DNA of 64,000 bases, from positions 419,029 to 483,028 of the forward strand of contig NIVC01000672.1 in the NCBI GenBank assembly GCA_002269645.1, in the 5' to 3' direction. Positions within the stretch are counted from its first letter, which is position 1, and each line of letters opens with the position of its first letter. The DNA comes from Macrostomum lignano. Lineage: Eukaryota. Of the stretch, positions 1 to 10,045 are shown in pieces. The notes beneath the pieces were generated by a model. That model had not been told where the DNA came from and did no database searches. It was given only the letters and a program-made list of their open reading frames with translations. The position numbers and the translations under genes were made by a program.

Positions 1-1815
1 CAAGCTGAAGAACGTGCTGCTGGACAGGCGCAGCCGCGCCAAGCTGACGGACCTCGGCTTCTGCAAGCCGCACGCCATGATGAGCGGCAGCATCGTGGGC
101 ACCCCGATCCACATGCCGCCCGAGCTGTTCACCGGCAACTATGACTCATCGGTGCGCCTGCGGCTTTGTGTTGGAGTTGTTTGGGGTGCTGACCCAGCTA
201 TGACTCATCGGTGCGCCTGCGGCTTTGTGCTGGAGTTTTTTAGGGTGCTGACCCAGCTATGACTCATCGGTGCGCCTGCGGCTTTGTGTTGGAGTTGTTT
301 GGGGTGCTGACCCAGCTATGACTCATCGGTGCGCCTGCGGATTTGTGTTGGAGTTGTTTGGGGTGCTGACCCAGCTATGACTCATCGGGGCGCCTGCGGA
401 TTCGTTTGTGTTGGAATTGTTTGGGGTGCTTACCCTTGATCCGGGACTGATTTTCTTGTACAAATCAGCTCCATATCTGGCACAGTCAGCTCCATATCTG
501 GCACAATCAGCTCCATATCTGGCACAGTCAGCTCCATATCTGGCACAATCAGCTCCATATCTGGCACAGTCAGCTCCATATCTGGCACAATCAGCTCCAT
601 ATCTGGCACAGTCAGCTCCATATCTGGCACAATCAGCTCCATATCTGGCACAGTCAGCTCCATATCTGGCACAATCAGCTCCATATCTGGCACAATCAGC
701 TCCATATCTGGCACAATCAGCTCCATATCTGGCACAGTCAGCTCCATATCTGGCACAATCAGCTCCATATCTGGCACAGTCAGCTCCATATCTGGCACAA
801 TCAGCTCCATATCTGGCACAGTCAGCTCCATATCTGGCACAATCAGCTCCATATCTGGCACAGTCAGCTCCATATCTGGCACAATCAGCTCCATATCTGG
901 CACAATCAGCTCCATATCTGGCACAATCAGCTCCATATCTGGCACAATCAGCTCCATATCTGGCACAATCAGCTCCATATCTGGCACAATCAGCTCCATA
1001 TCTGGCACAATCAGCTCCATATCTGGCACAGTCAGCTCCATATCTGGCACAATCAGCTCCATATCTGGCACAGTCAGCTCCATATCTGACACAATCAGCT
1101 CCATATCTGGCACAATCAGCAGCATATCTGGCACAATCAGCTCCATATCTGGCACAGTCAGCTCCATATCTGGCACAATCAGCTCCATATCTGACACAAT
1201 CAGCTCCATATCTGGCACAATCAGCTCCATACCTGGCACAGTCAGCTCCATATCTGGCACAATCAGCTCCATATCTGGCACAATCAGCTCCATATCTGGC
1301 ACAATCAGCTCCATACCTGGCACAGTCAGCTCCATATCTGGCACAATCAGCTCCATATCTGGCACAATCAGCTCCATATCTGGCACAGTCAGCTCCATAT
1401 CTGGCACAATCAGCTCCATATCTGGCACAGTCAGCTCCATACCTGGCACAGTCATGCTGCAATTCCAAGCACTCCTCAACCGCAGGTGGATGTGTACGCC
1501 TTCGGCATCCTGTTCTGGTACGTGTGCGCCGACACGGTGCGCCTGCCGCACAACTTCGAGAAGTGCAGCAGCAAGGACGCCCTGTGGAGCTCCGTGAAGC
1601 GCGGCGTGCGGCCGGAGCGGCTCCCGGCCTTCACCGACCAGTGCTGGGACCTCATGCGGCACTGCTGGGACGGCCTTCCCGACCGCCGCCCGCTGCCTGG
1701 CGACCTCCTGCCGACCCTGCAGGCCCTGCTGGCAGAGGCTCGGGCCGCCCCCGCCTCCCCCGCCTGCCAGGCCGGCGGCCCGCCATCCGGGCACCTCGTC
1801 AGCGACTTGCTGTGA
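1..1815 (+). CDS. DSTYK: Dual serine/threonine and tyrosine protein kinase, last two coding exons (1-151 and 1486-1815)
   Basis: Exon 1-151 (frame from base 2) reads [50 protein letters not shown], then GT at 152. cgcAG at 1484-1485 opens [21 protein letters not shown]...RPERLP...[11 protein letters not shown]...* (stop 1813-1815). Joined in phase 0 this matches the DSTYK/RIPK5 kinase C-lobe as I recall it ([46 protein letters not shown]). Confidence 0.92.
139..430. repeat. 59-bp tandem repeat, about 5 copies, starting inside the DSTYK exon and running into the intron
   Basis: Unit ctatgactcatcggtgcgcctgcggctttgtgttggagttgtttggggtgctgacccag starts at 139, 198, 257, 316 and 375. Confidence 0.95.
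463..1453. repeat. 21-bp intronic minisatellite (aatcagctccatatctggcac), about 47 copies
   Basis: Directly visible. It generates the spurious ORFs 323..1468, 408..2774 and 430..1836. Confidence 0.97.
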
Positions 1816-1842
1816 CGCCCGGGCTGAACTGGACACCCCATC

Positions 1843-2662
1843 ATCTGGATATCTCAGTCCCGCACCTGGATCCCTCAGTCCCGCACCTGGATTCTTCAGT
1901 CTCGCACCTGGATTCCTCAGTCCCGCACCTGGAAATCCCTCAGTCCCGCACCTGGATTCTTCAGTCCCGCACCTGGATTCCTCAGTCCCGCACCTGGAAA
2001 TCCCTCAGTCCCGCACCTGGATCTCTCAGTCCCGCCCCTGGAAATCCCTCAGTCCCGCACCTGGATCTCTCAGTCCCGCACCTGGATCTCTCTGTCCCGC
2101 ACCTGGATCTCTCAGTCCCGCACCTGGATCCCTCAGTCCCGCACCTGGATCTCTCAGTCCCGCACCTGGATCCCTCAGTCCCGCACCTGGATCCATCAGT
2201 CCCGCACCTGGATTCCTCAGTCCCGCACCTGGATCTCTCAGTCCCGCCCCTGGAAATCCCTCAGTCCCGCACCTGGATCTCTCAGTCCCGCTCCTGGATC
2301 TCTCTGTCCCGCACCTGGATCTCTCAGTCCCGCACCTGGATCCCTCAGTCCCGCACCTGGATCTCTCAGTCCCGCACCTGGATCCCTCAGTCCCGCACCT
2401 GGATTCTTCAGTCTCGCACCTGGATTCCTCAGTCCCGCACCTGGAAATCCCTCAGTCCCGCACCTGGATCTCTCAGTCCCGCCCCTGGAAATCCCTCAGT
2501 CCCGCACCTGGATCTCTCAGTCCCGCACCTGGATCTCTCTGTCCCGCACCTGGATCTCTCAGTCCCGCACCTGGATCCCTCAGTCCCGCACCTGGATCTC
2601 TCAGTCCCGCACCTGGATCCCTCAGTCCCGCACCTGGATCCATCAGTCCCGCACCTGGATCC
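1843..2662. repeat. 21/22-bp minisatellite (tcagtcccgcacctggatctc) just 3' of the DSTYK stop
   Basis: Directly visible, with a higher-order block repeated twice. Confidence 0.95.
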
Positions 2663-3043
2663 CTGTGCCCAGCCAGTGTCAATCAGCGCTATTCCTACTC
2701 AACTGTGTCTGCTTATTCCGCAACCCTCAGCGCCTGCTGCTTTCATTCGGTTACCTGCGTTTCTGTCAAATTGATAAACTTTGTTACCCTTTGCTGCTTC
2801 TGCTGAGTCCCCATTAAATCTCTAGTGGGGTGTTTTATTGCGGTGCATCATGGCTTTGCTTACCTGGCAGGTGCATGGCATCGCAGCATTTAGATGTTAC
2901 TGCTGGAACTCATTGCTCACTTTGAAACTGAATGAGAATGCCGCCACTGTGAAATAAAATACTCGCTGCTTTGAAAGTATGTCTTTTCCACAGATTTTCA
3001 TACGAATCATCATCTCACCTGAGTTCCAACTCATAACGAGTAT

Positions 3044-3819
3044 GAGTGAGTGAGTGAGTGAGTGAGTGAGTGAGTGAATTAATGAGTGAGTGAGTGAGTG
3101 AGTGAGTGAGTGAGTGAGTGAGTGAGTGAGTGAGTGAGTGAGTGAGTGAGTGAGTGAGTGAGTGAGTGAGTGAGTGAGTGAGTGAGTGAGTAAGTGAGTG
3201 AGTGAGTGAGTGAGTAAGTGAGTAAGTGAGTGAGTGAGTGAGTGAGTGAGTGAGTGAGTGAGTGAGTGAGTGAGTGAGTGAGTGAGTGAGTGAGTGAGTG
3301 AGTGAGTGAGTGAGTGAGTGAGTGAGTGAGTGAGTGAGTGAGTGAGTGAGTGAGTGAGTGAGTGAGTGAGTGAGTGAGTGAGTGAGTGAGTGAGTGAGTG
3401 AATTAATGAGTGAGTGAGTGAATGAGTAAGTGAGTGAGTGAGTGAGTGAGTGAGTGAGTGAGTGAGTGAGTGAGTGAGTGAGTGAGTGAGTGAGTGAGTG
3501 AGTGAGTGAGTGAGTGAGTGAGTGAGTGAGTGAGTGAGTGAGTGAGTGAGTGAGTGAGTGAGTGAGTAAGTGAGTGAGTGAGTGAGTGAGTGAGTGAGTG
3601 AGTGAGTGAGTGAGTGAGTGAGTGAGTGAGTGAGTGAGTGAGTGAGTGAGTGAATGAGTGAGTGAATTAATGAGTGAGTGAGTGAGTGAATTAATGAGTG
3701 AGTGAGTGAGTGAGTGAGTGAGTGAGTGAGTGAGTGAATGAATGAGTAAGTGAGTGAGTGAGTGAGTGAGTGAGTGAGTGAGTGAGTGAGTGAGTGAGTG
3801 AGTGAGTGAGGGAGTGAGT
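3044..3819. repeat. (GAGT)n microsatellite
   Basis: Directly visible. Confidence 0.98.
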
Positions 3820-3920
3820 GCGCTCGAGTTACCTCGGTGACTTCGGGGACTCGCTCAGCCAATTAATTTAATTGAAATGGGGCACAATCAAAGACTACTA
3901 GACTGTTATATACAGTGGTC

Positions 3921-4744
3921 TGTGATTGGCTCCTCATGTTAGCTCGAGTAGCTATTCAATTGGTTCCACAGAAGCTCTGCGATTGGCTCCCCATGTCAGC
4001 TCGTGTAGCTATTCAATTGGTTCCAAAGAAGTTCTGCGATTGGCTCCCCATGTCAGCTCGAGTAGCTATTCAATTGGTTCCACAGAAGCTCTGCGATTGG
4101 CTCCCCATGTCAGCTCGTGTAGCTATTCAATTGGTTCCAAAGAAGTTCTGCGATTGGCTCCCCATGTCAGCTCGAGTAGCTATTCAATTGGTTCCACAGA
4201 AGCTCTGCGATTGGCTCCCCATGTCAGCTCGTGTAGCTATTCAATTGGTTCCAAAGAAGTTCTGCGATTGGCTCCCCATGTCAGCTCGAGTAGCTATTCA
4301 ATTGGTTCCACAGAAGCTCTGCGATTGGCTCCCCATGTCAGCTCGTGTAGCTATTCAATTGGTTCCACAGAAGCTCTGCGATTGGCTCCCCATGTCAGCT
4401 CGAGTAGCTATTCAATTGGTTCCACAGAAGCTCTGCGATTGGCTCCCCATGTCAGCTCGAGTAGCTGTTCAATTGGTTCCAAAGAAGTTCTGCGATTGGC
4501 TCCCCATGTCAGCTCGAGTAGCTATTCAATTGGTTCCACAGAAGCTCTGCGATTGGCTCTCCATGTTAGCTCGTGTAGCTATTCAATTGGTTCCAAAGAA
4601 GTTCTGCGATTGGCTCTCCATGTCAGCTCGAGTAGCTATTCAATTGGTTCCACAGAAGCTCTGCGATTGGCTCCCCATGTCAGCTCGAGTAGCTATTCAA
4701 TTGGTTCCACAGAAGCTCTGCGATTGGCTCTCCATGTTAGCTCG
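3921..4744. repeat. 57-bp tandem repeat, about 14 copies, with partly alternating variants
   Basis: Unit tgcgattggctccccatgtcagctcgagtagctattcaattggttccacagaagctc, with cacagaagctc/caaagaagttc and gag/gtg variants. Confidence 0.96.
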
Positions 4745-5024
4745 GTACATATTTTGGTTTCACTCACTTTTGGCGAATTTGAATTGTGAAAAGATAAGCG
4801 CTCGATTCATATCTATATTTGGCTAGATGGCTAAACTGGAATTTTCAATATATATTTAATAGTTTAATATAGTTAATTAGGGAAGTTTCACGGACAGCAG
4901 ATCTGCAGATTTTAAGGGGAGGCAAATTATAGAATTGGCGATTAAATAAGGATAACCAGCATGCTGAGTAAAGAGGATAAACAAAAAATAAGCAGGTAAA
5001 GTGGCTCGCTTGATGAAGAGTAGA

Positions 5025-5232
5025 TAAATAAAGGTAAATATCAACATGAAGTATTATTTGAGTTGCCGATGCATTTCGTCCATTTGCATTAGGACATCGT
5101 CAGGGTCTTTTTTTTATTTCAATTCGTTCAAATTGTTTCTCAATAAAAAGACCCTGACGATGTCCTAATGCAAATGGACGAAATGCATCGGCAACTCAAA
5201 TAATACTTCATGTTGATATTTACCTTTATTTA
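5025..5232. mobile_element. 208-bp fold-back / MITE-like long inverted repeat
   Basis: Left arm taaataaaggtaaatatcaacatgaagtattatttgagttgccgatgcatttcgtccatttgcattaggacatcgtcagggtcttttt is the reverse complement of ~5144-5232, with a ~30-bp spacer and TA at both ends. Confidence 0.75.
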
Positions 5233-5913
5233 AAAAATAAGCAATTTTCAGATAATTGTAATATTTTGTTACTATAACAGACAGCAAACTAAACGTCTTG
5301 ATAATTAAAGGTTTTGATAAATATATGTTTATAAATAATTTAACGCAAGAGCAAACTATAAAAAGCGACAAATAAATGAACTGGCATCACTGCAAACATA
5401 CTTTTTTTAGGCGACAGAAAACTAAAATCTAATAAATAAGTTTCAACAGATATCTATATATAATTGTACGCAAGAACTAACACAAAGGGACAGACAAACA
5501 TAACATATCGAAAACAAACGAAACATCTTGATGAATAACGAACGGTTTCAATATATGTTTTAAACAATTTTTCGCAAGAGCAAGCTAAAAGATGATCAAC
5601 AAAACTTGCATATTTAAATACAAACATTTTTAAGCGACAGAAAACTTCAAGTAAGGATAGATCAGTAATTTAAAGACAGCACACGTACAAAAAGTCCACA
5701 CCACAGAAACTGGGCTACGTTGGATGCGACTTCAACCATGATACATCTGAAGGATTAATTGTTGGTAAAAAGTCCCTTTTGTTGCATTGCCTCCAGCAAG
5801 ATGCACAGCTGTTTTTAAATACTTTTTGATTCCAGGGAATTTCACCACCCATAACTGTTAAAGGCCTGTGCTCTCGTACGCGATTTGTCAGATGAATGAT
5901 TCTTTATTTAATT

Positions 5914-7278
5914 GTGCTGAGTGGTACTGAGGGGAATGATGCTGAGTGGGGACTGAGGGGAATGATGCTGAGTGATACTGAGGGGAATGATGCTGAGTGA
6001 TACTGAGGGGAATGATGCTGAGTGGCACGGAGGGGAATGATGCTGAGTGATACTGAGGGGAATGATGCTGAGTGGCACTGAGGGGAATGATGCTGAGTGA
6101 TACTGAAGGGAATGATGCTGAGTGAGACTGAGGGGAATGATGCTGAGTGGGACTGAGGGGAATGATGCTGAGTGACACTGAGGGGAATGATGCTGAGTGG
6201 GACTGAGTGGAATGATGCTGAGTGACACTGAGGGGAATGATGCTGAGTGACACTGAGGGGAATGATGCTGAGTGGCACTGAGGGGAATGATGCTGAGTGA
6301 TACTGAAGGGAATGATGCTGAGTGGCACTGAGGGGAATGATGCTGAGTGGGACTGAGGGGAATGATGCTGAGTGATACTGAAGGGAATGATGCTGAGTGA
6401 GACTGAGGGGAATGATGCTGAGTGGGACTGAGGGGAATGATGCTGAGTGACACTGAGGGGAATGATGCTGAGTGGGACTGAGTGGAATGATGCTGAGTGA
6501 CACTGAGGGGAATGATGCTGAGTGGGACTGAGGGGAATGATGCTGAGTGACACTGAGGGGAATGATGCTGAGTGGGGACTGAGGGGAATGATGCTGAGTG
6601 ATACTGAGGGGAATGATGCTGAGTGATACTGAGGGGAATGATGCTGAGTGGCACTGAGGGGAATGATGCTGAGTGATACTGAGGGGAATGATGCTGAGTG
6701 GCACTGAGGGGAATGATGCTGAGTGATACTGAAGGGAATGATGCTGAGTGAGACTGAGGGGAATGATGCTGAGTGGGACTGAGGGGAATGATGCTGAGTG
6801 ATACTGAGGGGAATGATGCTGAGTGATACTGAGGGGAATGATGCTGAGTGACACTGAGGGGAATGATGCTGAGTGGCACTGAGGGGAATGATGCTGAGTG
6901 ATACTGAGGGGAATGATGCTGAGTGAGACTGAGGGGAATGATGCTGAGTGATACTGAGGGGAATGATGCTGAGTGATACTGAGGGGAATGATGCTGAGTG
7001 AGACTGAGGGGAATGATGCTGAGTGAAACTGAGGGGATTGATGCTGAGTGATACTGAGGGGAATGATGCTGAGTGAGACTGAGGGGAATGATGCCGAGTG
7101 GCACTGAGGGGAATGATGCTGAGTGATACTGAGGGGAATGATGCTGAGTGGCATTGAGGGGAATGAGGCTGAGTGGCACTGAGGGGAATGATGCTGAGTG
7201 ATACTGAGGGGAATGATGCTGAGTGATACTGAGGGGAATGATGCTGAGTGGCACTGAGGGGAATGATGCTGAGTGGCA
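5914..7278. repeat. 25-bp minisatellite (tgatactgaggggaatgatgctgag), about 54 copies
   Basis: Directly visible. Variation is mostly confined to 2 positions (gata/ggca/ggga/gaca/gaga). Confidence 0.97.
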
Positions 7279-7581
7279 CCTAAATATTGGATATACTATT
7301 TTTACATTTAGATTTACATTTCGATATTAATATTACATATTTTCACAAACATTCGAGTTAAACTAAAACGAACCAAAACTCGCTTCGCTTGAAACCCCAA
7401 GGCGAGAGAAAACTCAAATCCAAAATTTGAAGTCGCAAAAGCAATGTTAGCAAGTTTTCAAATCGCATATGGATTTAAATAATGAGGATTTCACATAACT
7501 TAATGTCAGTGCGACAGCAACAAGTCGATCTTGTCAGGTACAACTTACTGATGTACCATTCATAAAGCAACTTAAGCTTCT

Positions 7582-8361
7582 CTACTTTCTTTTCTTTTTC
7601 TTTTTCTTATTTTTCTTTTTCTGGTTCTGCTGCTGCTGTTGGCTCTGCTGTTGTTGCTGAACTGCTTTACCAGCTGCTCTCTGCTCAGCCGGAGCCAGGA
7701 AAAACTTTTTGTCCATTCGCACCAGCCAAGAGGACACCTGCCGCTTATCGGCTGAATTTTTGTGCGCCATTTCGTAATTGACTCGCTCGATCATGGACAC
7801 GACGTCTTCTTTCTTACCGAACTCCTTGAACACCGAGCATAGCGAAGTGATGAATCGAGACCCCTTTGACCCCTCTCTCGCACTCGTCTCTAGTGGCACA
7901 GTTGAGTGCGCCACAATGACGTCCTCGTATTCAGGCAGAGGTTCGCGCTCGCTTTGCTCGTCCGACACACCGTCGCTATAGTTGCGACACACCTGGAAAA
8001 TCAGCAGCTTCGGTTTATCGGTTCTTTTTCCGGCAAACTTTTGTAGAATATCTTTTTCTTGTACGTAAGCATCGTCGGATCCGGACTGGTGTCCTATTAT
8101 ACCGTGAGTCATCAGTACAAGAATAGCAACGTCTTCTTCTAAGACCAAATGACCTATTTTTTCACGAGTCAGATTGGTTCTGATTGAAACACAGAATCCC
8201 AATTCAGTGAACACTTTTAACAGTCTCTGAGTGTCCTTCTCGGAACCCAAGCGATTGCCATGTCTGCCGAATATGAGATTGTTGATGATGAGCACGCGGG
8301 TGCTGGGATCGGCAGTTGAATAGCTTTGTTCCTCACCTGTCTGCGTCAGCTTCCACAGTCT

Positions 8362-8430
<69 letters not shown>

Positions 8431-9056
8431 CACAGTCTCGCTGCTGTTTTCTCTCTCTTCTCTACGAGAGCATTCCGGCACGGGTATTTCAGGATCGACT
8501 TTGATTGCACAGTGAAATTTAGCCAAGCCGCATTTTTTGCAAACTTTCTTCGGTGACGATTCTTTAAGATTGTCTCCACAGCGGACGCAATCTTTGCAGT
8601 TGACGCAGATCAGTGGTATGTGACTTGCACTGTCTTTGCACGTGTCCTTGCAACTGCAGTCAGCGGCCGCCGAATCGACGGCTGCCGAATCGACAGCACA
8701 AGAGCACAGCGTGACTGGCTCAGATTTTTCAAAATTATCGAGGAGTGTTTTTACTCGTATCTTTCGCTTCTGATCCTCATTAGTTTCAATTTTAATCCAA
8801 ACGTCACCATGTCCGTCAATTTGTTGAAAGTCGTTATCTAGCTTGTCGCTAGCAACTACAACTGCATACTGCGAAGTGTCTGGTACTTGGATTTCTCCAT
8901 ACTCGTATTCAGCGTGCACTTCCCATCCATTCGCCTCCAGAGCAATTTTCTTCTGCTTCTTTTTCAGCGTTTCGTTCGTTGAATTCTCTGAATCCTTCTT
9001 GACAAGGATGAGAGCTGAATGACGTTTGGTTTCCGATGATGGTGGCTTTGATTGAT
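7582..9056 (-). CDS. Multi-caspase gene 1, terminal exon: degenerate module, Cys-rich linker, poly-Ala, then a catalytically intact caspase domain
   Basis: Acceptor tttcatttcAG (9058-9057); the frame stays open 9054 to 7582. Caspase motifs: RVLIINN...NRLGSEKD...LGFCV...LMTHG (His, plus-strand 8104-8106)...KPKLLIFQVCR (Cys, 7987-7989)...VIVAHST...GSRFITSLC...VN...QVSSW...KKFFL. Confidence 0.9.
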
Positions 9057-9445
9057 CTGAAATGAAATCAACGGCAAGGTTGAAAAGTTTTAAAAAGATT
9101 TTAATTTATGCTTACTAGTCTAGATATAGGAAATTTTATCTGTGTAGATAATAGATAGGCTAAATTTTATCTGTTTCAACATGTTAACCATTAGGTTTTT
9201 AATTAATCTTCAACCTCCGATCCTGGCTTATTGAATATTTCGACTATTTGCATAACTGCGCGCATTACTAGCTACTGCTCAATTCTATGTGCGTAGCAGC
9301 TGTGATTTTATGAGTTCGTAAATGATTTGATCTGTACTTATCTGAGCGCCATTATGTGTACCTTTTCCAAAGAAATGTTACGATATACAATACACTAACA
9401 TGTTCAGTTCATGTAAAAGTCTATCCAGAATGGAACATAATGTAG

Positions 9446-9585
9446 TCATGACAGTTCAACTGTAAATTTACCGTTATCCTCGTCAAGAAAGAATTTGTCA
9501 GTTGTCTGCACAATCCAGTACGGCAGAGGCACTTTAATATCTTTCTTGCTTTGTTCCTCAAAGTTCTGATAAGCCGTTGAAAAGC
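9446..9585 (-). CDS. Distal part of the gene 1 pseudo-caspase exon (its C-terminal p10 strand), detached by the LINE insertion
   Basis: Reads FSTAYQNFEEQSKKDIKVPLPYWIVQTTDKFFLDEDN(G). It continues ORF 15479..16741 (...KNGFSTA) across the 15-bp TSD. PYW..TTDKFFL matches the C-termini of the other three caspase domains. Phase-1 donor G|GTAAAT at 9472|9471. Confidence 0.88.
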
Positions 9586-10045
9586 ACGCGAAGGCGTATT
9601 CAGCATGCCAGTGAAGTATGAGACAGACTAGGCCCATGGGCTAAGGTCTGCGATGCTTCACGCCTGCCCCTATCTTCAGCAGGTCAAGGCTGGTGGGAGG
9701 TCTGCACCCTCTATTTGCCTCTGGCAGCCGCAGACCCCCCCCCCACGCTGTCTCGCAAGTCGACCCAGGGTACTCGTCCCCGCGTGTGTTCAAGGCAGTC
9801 CCTAGGGCTGCTGGACAGACTGGGCTCCGGCGCTGGCGACCCTATCCAGTGGCTTCGGCCGAATTTGGGTATGCGGGTCTGGCTCGCCAACCTGCAGGCC
9901 GTGGTACTGCTCAACGTACTCTCTAATGCCTAAGGTGTTGACCGTGCCGATGGGCTGGAAGGCCGGGGAGTAGTCCGGTCGCAAGCGGTCCCCCTCCTGG
10001 TGTCGGGCCAGCCTTGAGGGTGCTATTGGCCTACTGCCCGGTCAG

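Noticed and set aside
323-2774. Long ORFs 323..1468, 408..2774 and 430..1836
   Set aside because: Products of 21-bp tandem repeats in the DSTYK intron and 3' flank; they overlap the real exon out of frame.
5914-7278. CRISPR-like appearance of this and the other regular arrays (25807-26757, 59009-59332)
   Set aside because: No unique spacers and no cas genes, and the context is eukaryotic with spliceosomal introns.
2897-7279. ORFs over the (GAGT)n, 57-bp and 25-bp arrays
   Set aside because: Stop-free simply because of repeat composition; there is no unique coding context.
9586-9760. Self-cleaving ribozyme in the LINE 5' UTR
   Set aside because: A hairpin (cagactaggcccatgggctaaggtctg) is present, but I could not assemble an HDV-like or hammerhead core by eye. 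An Infernal/RNArobo search would be needed.
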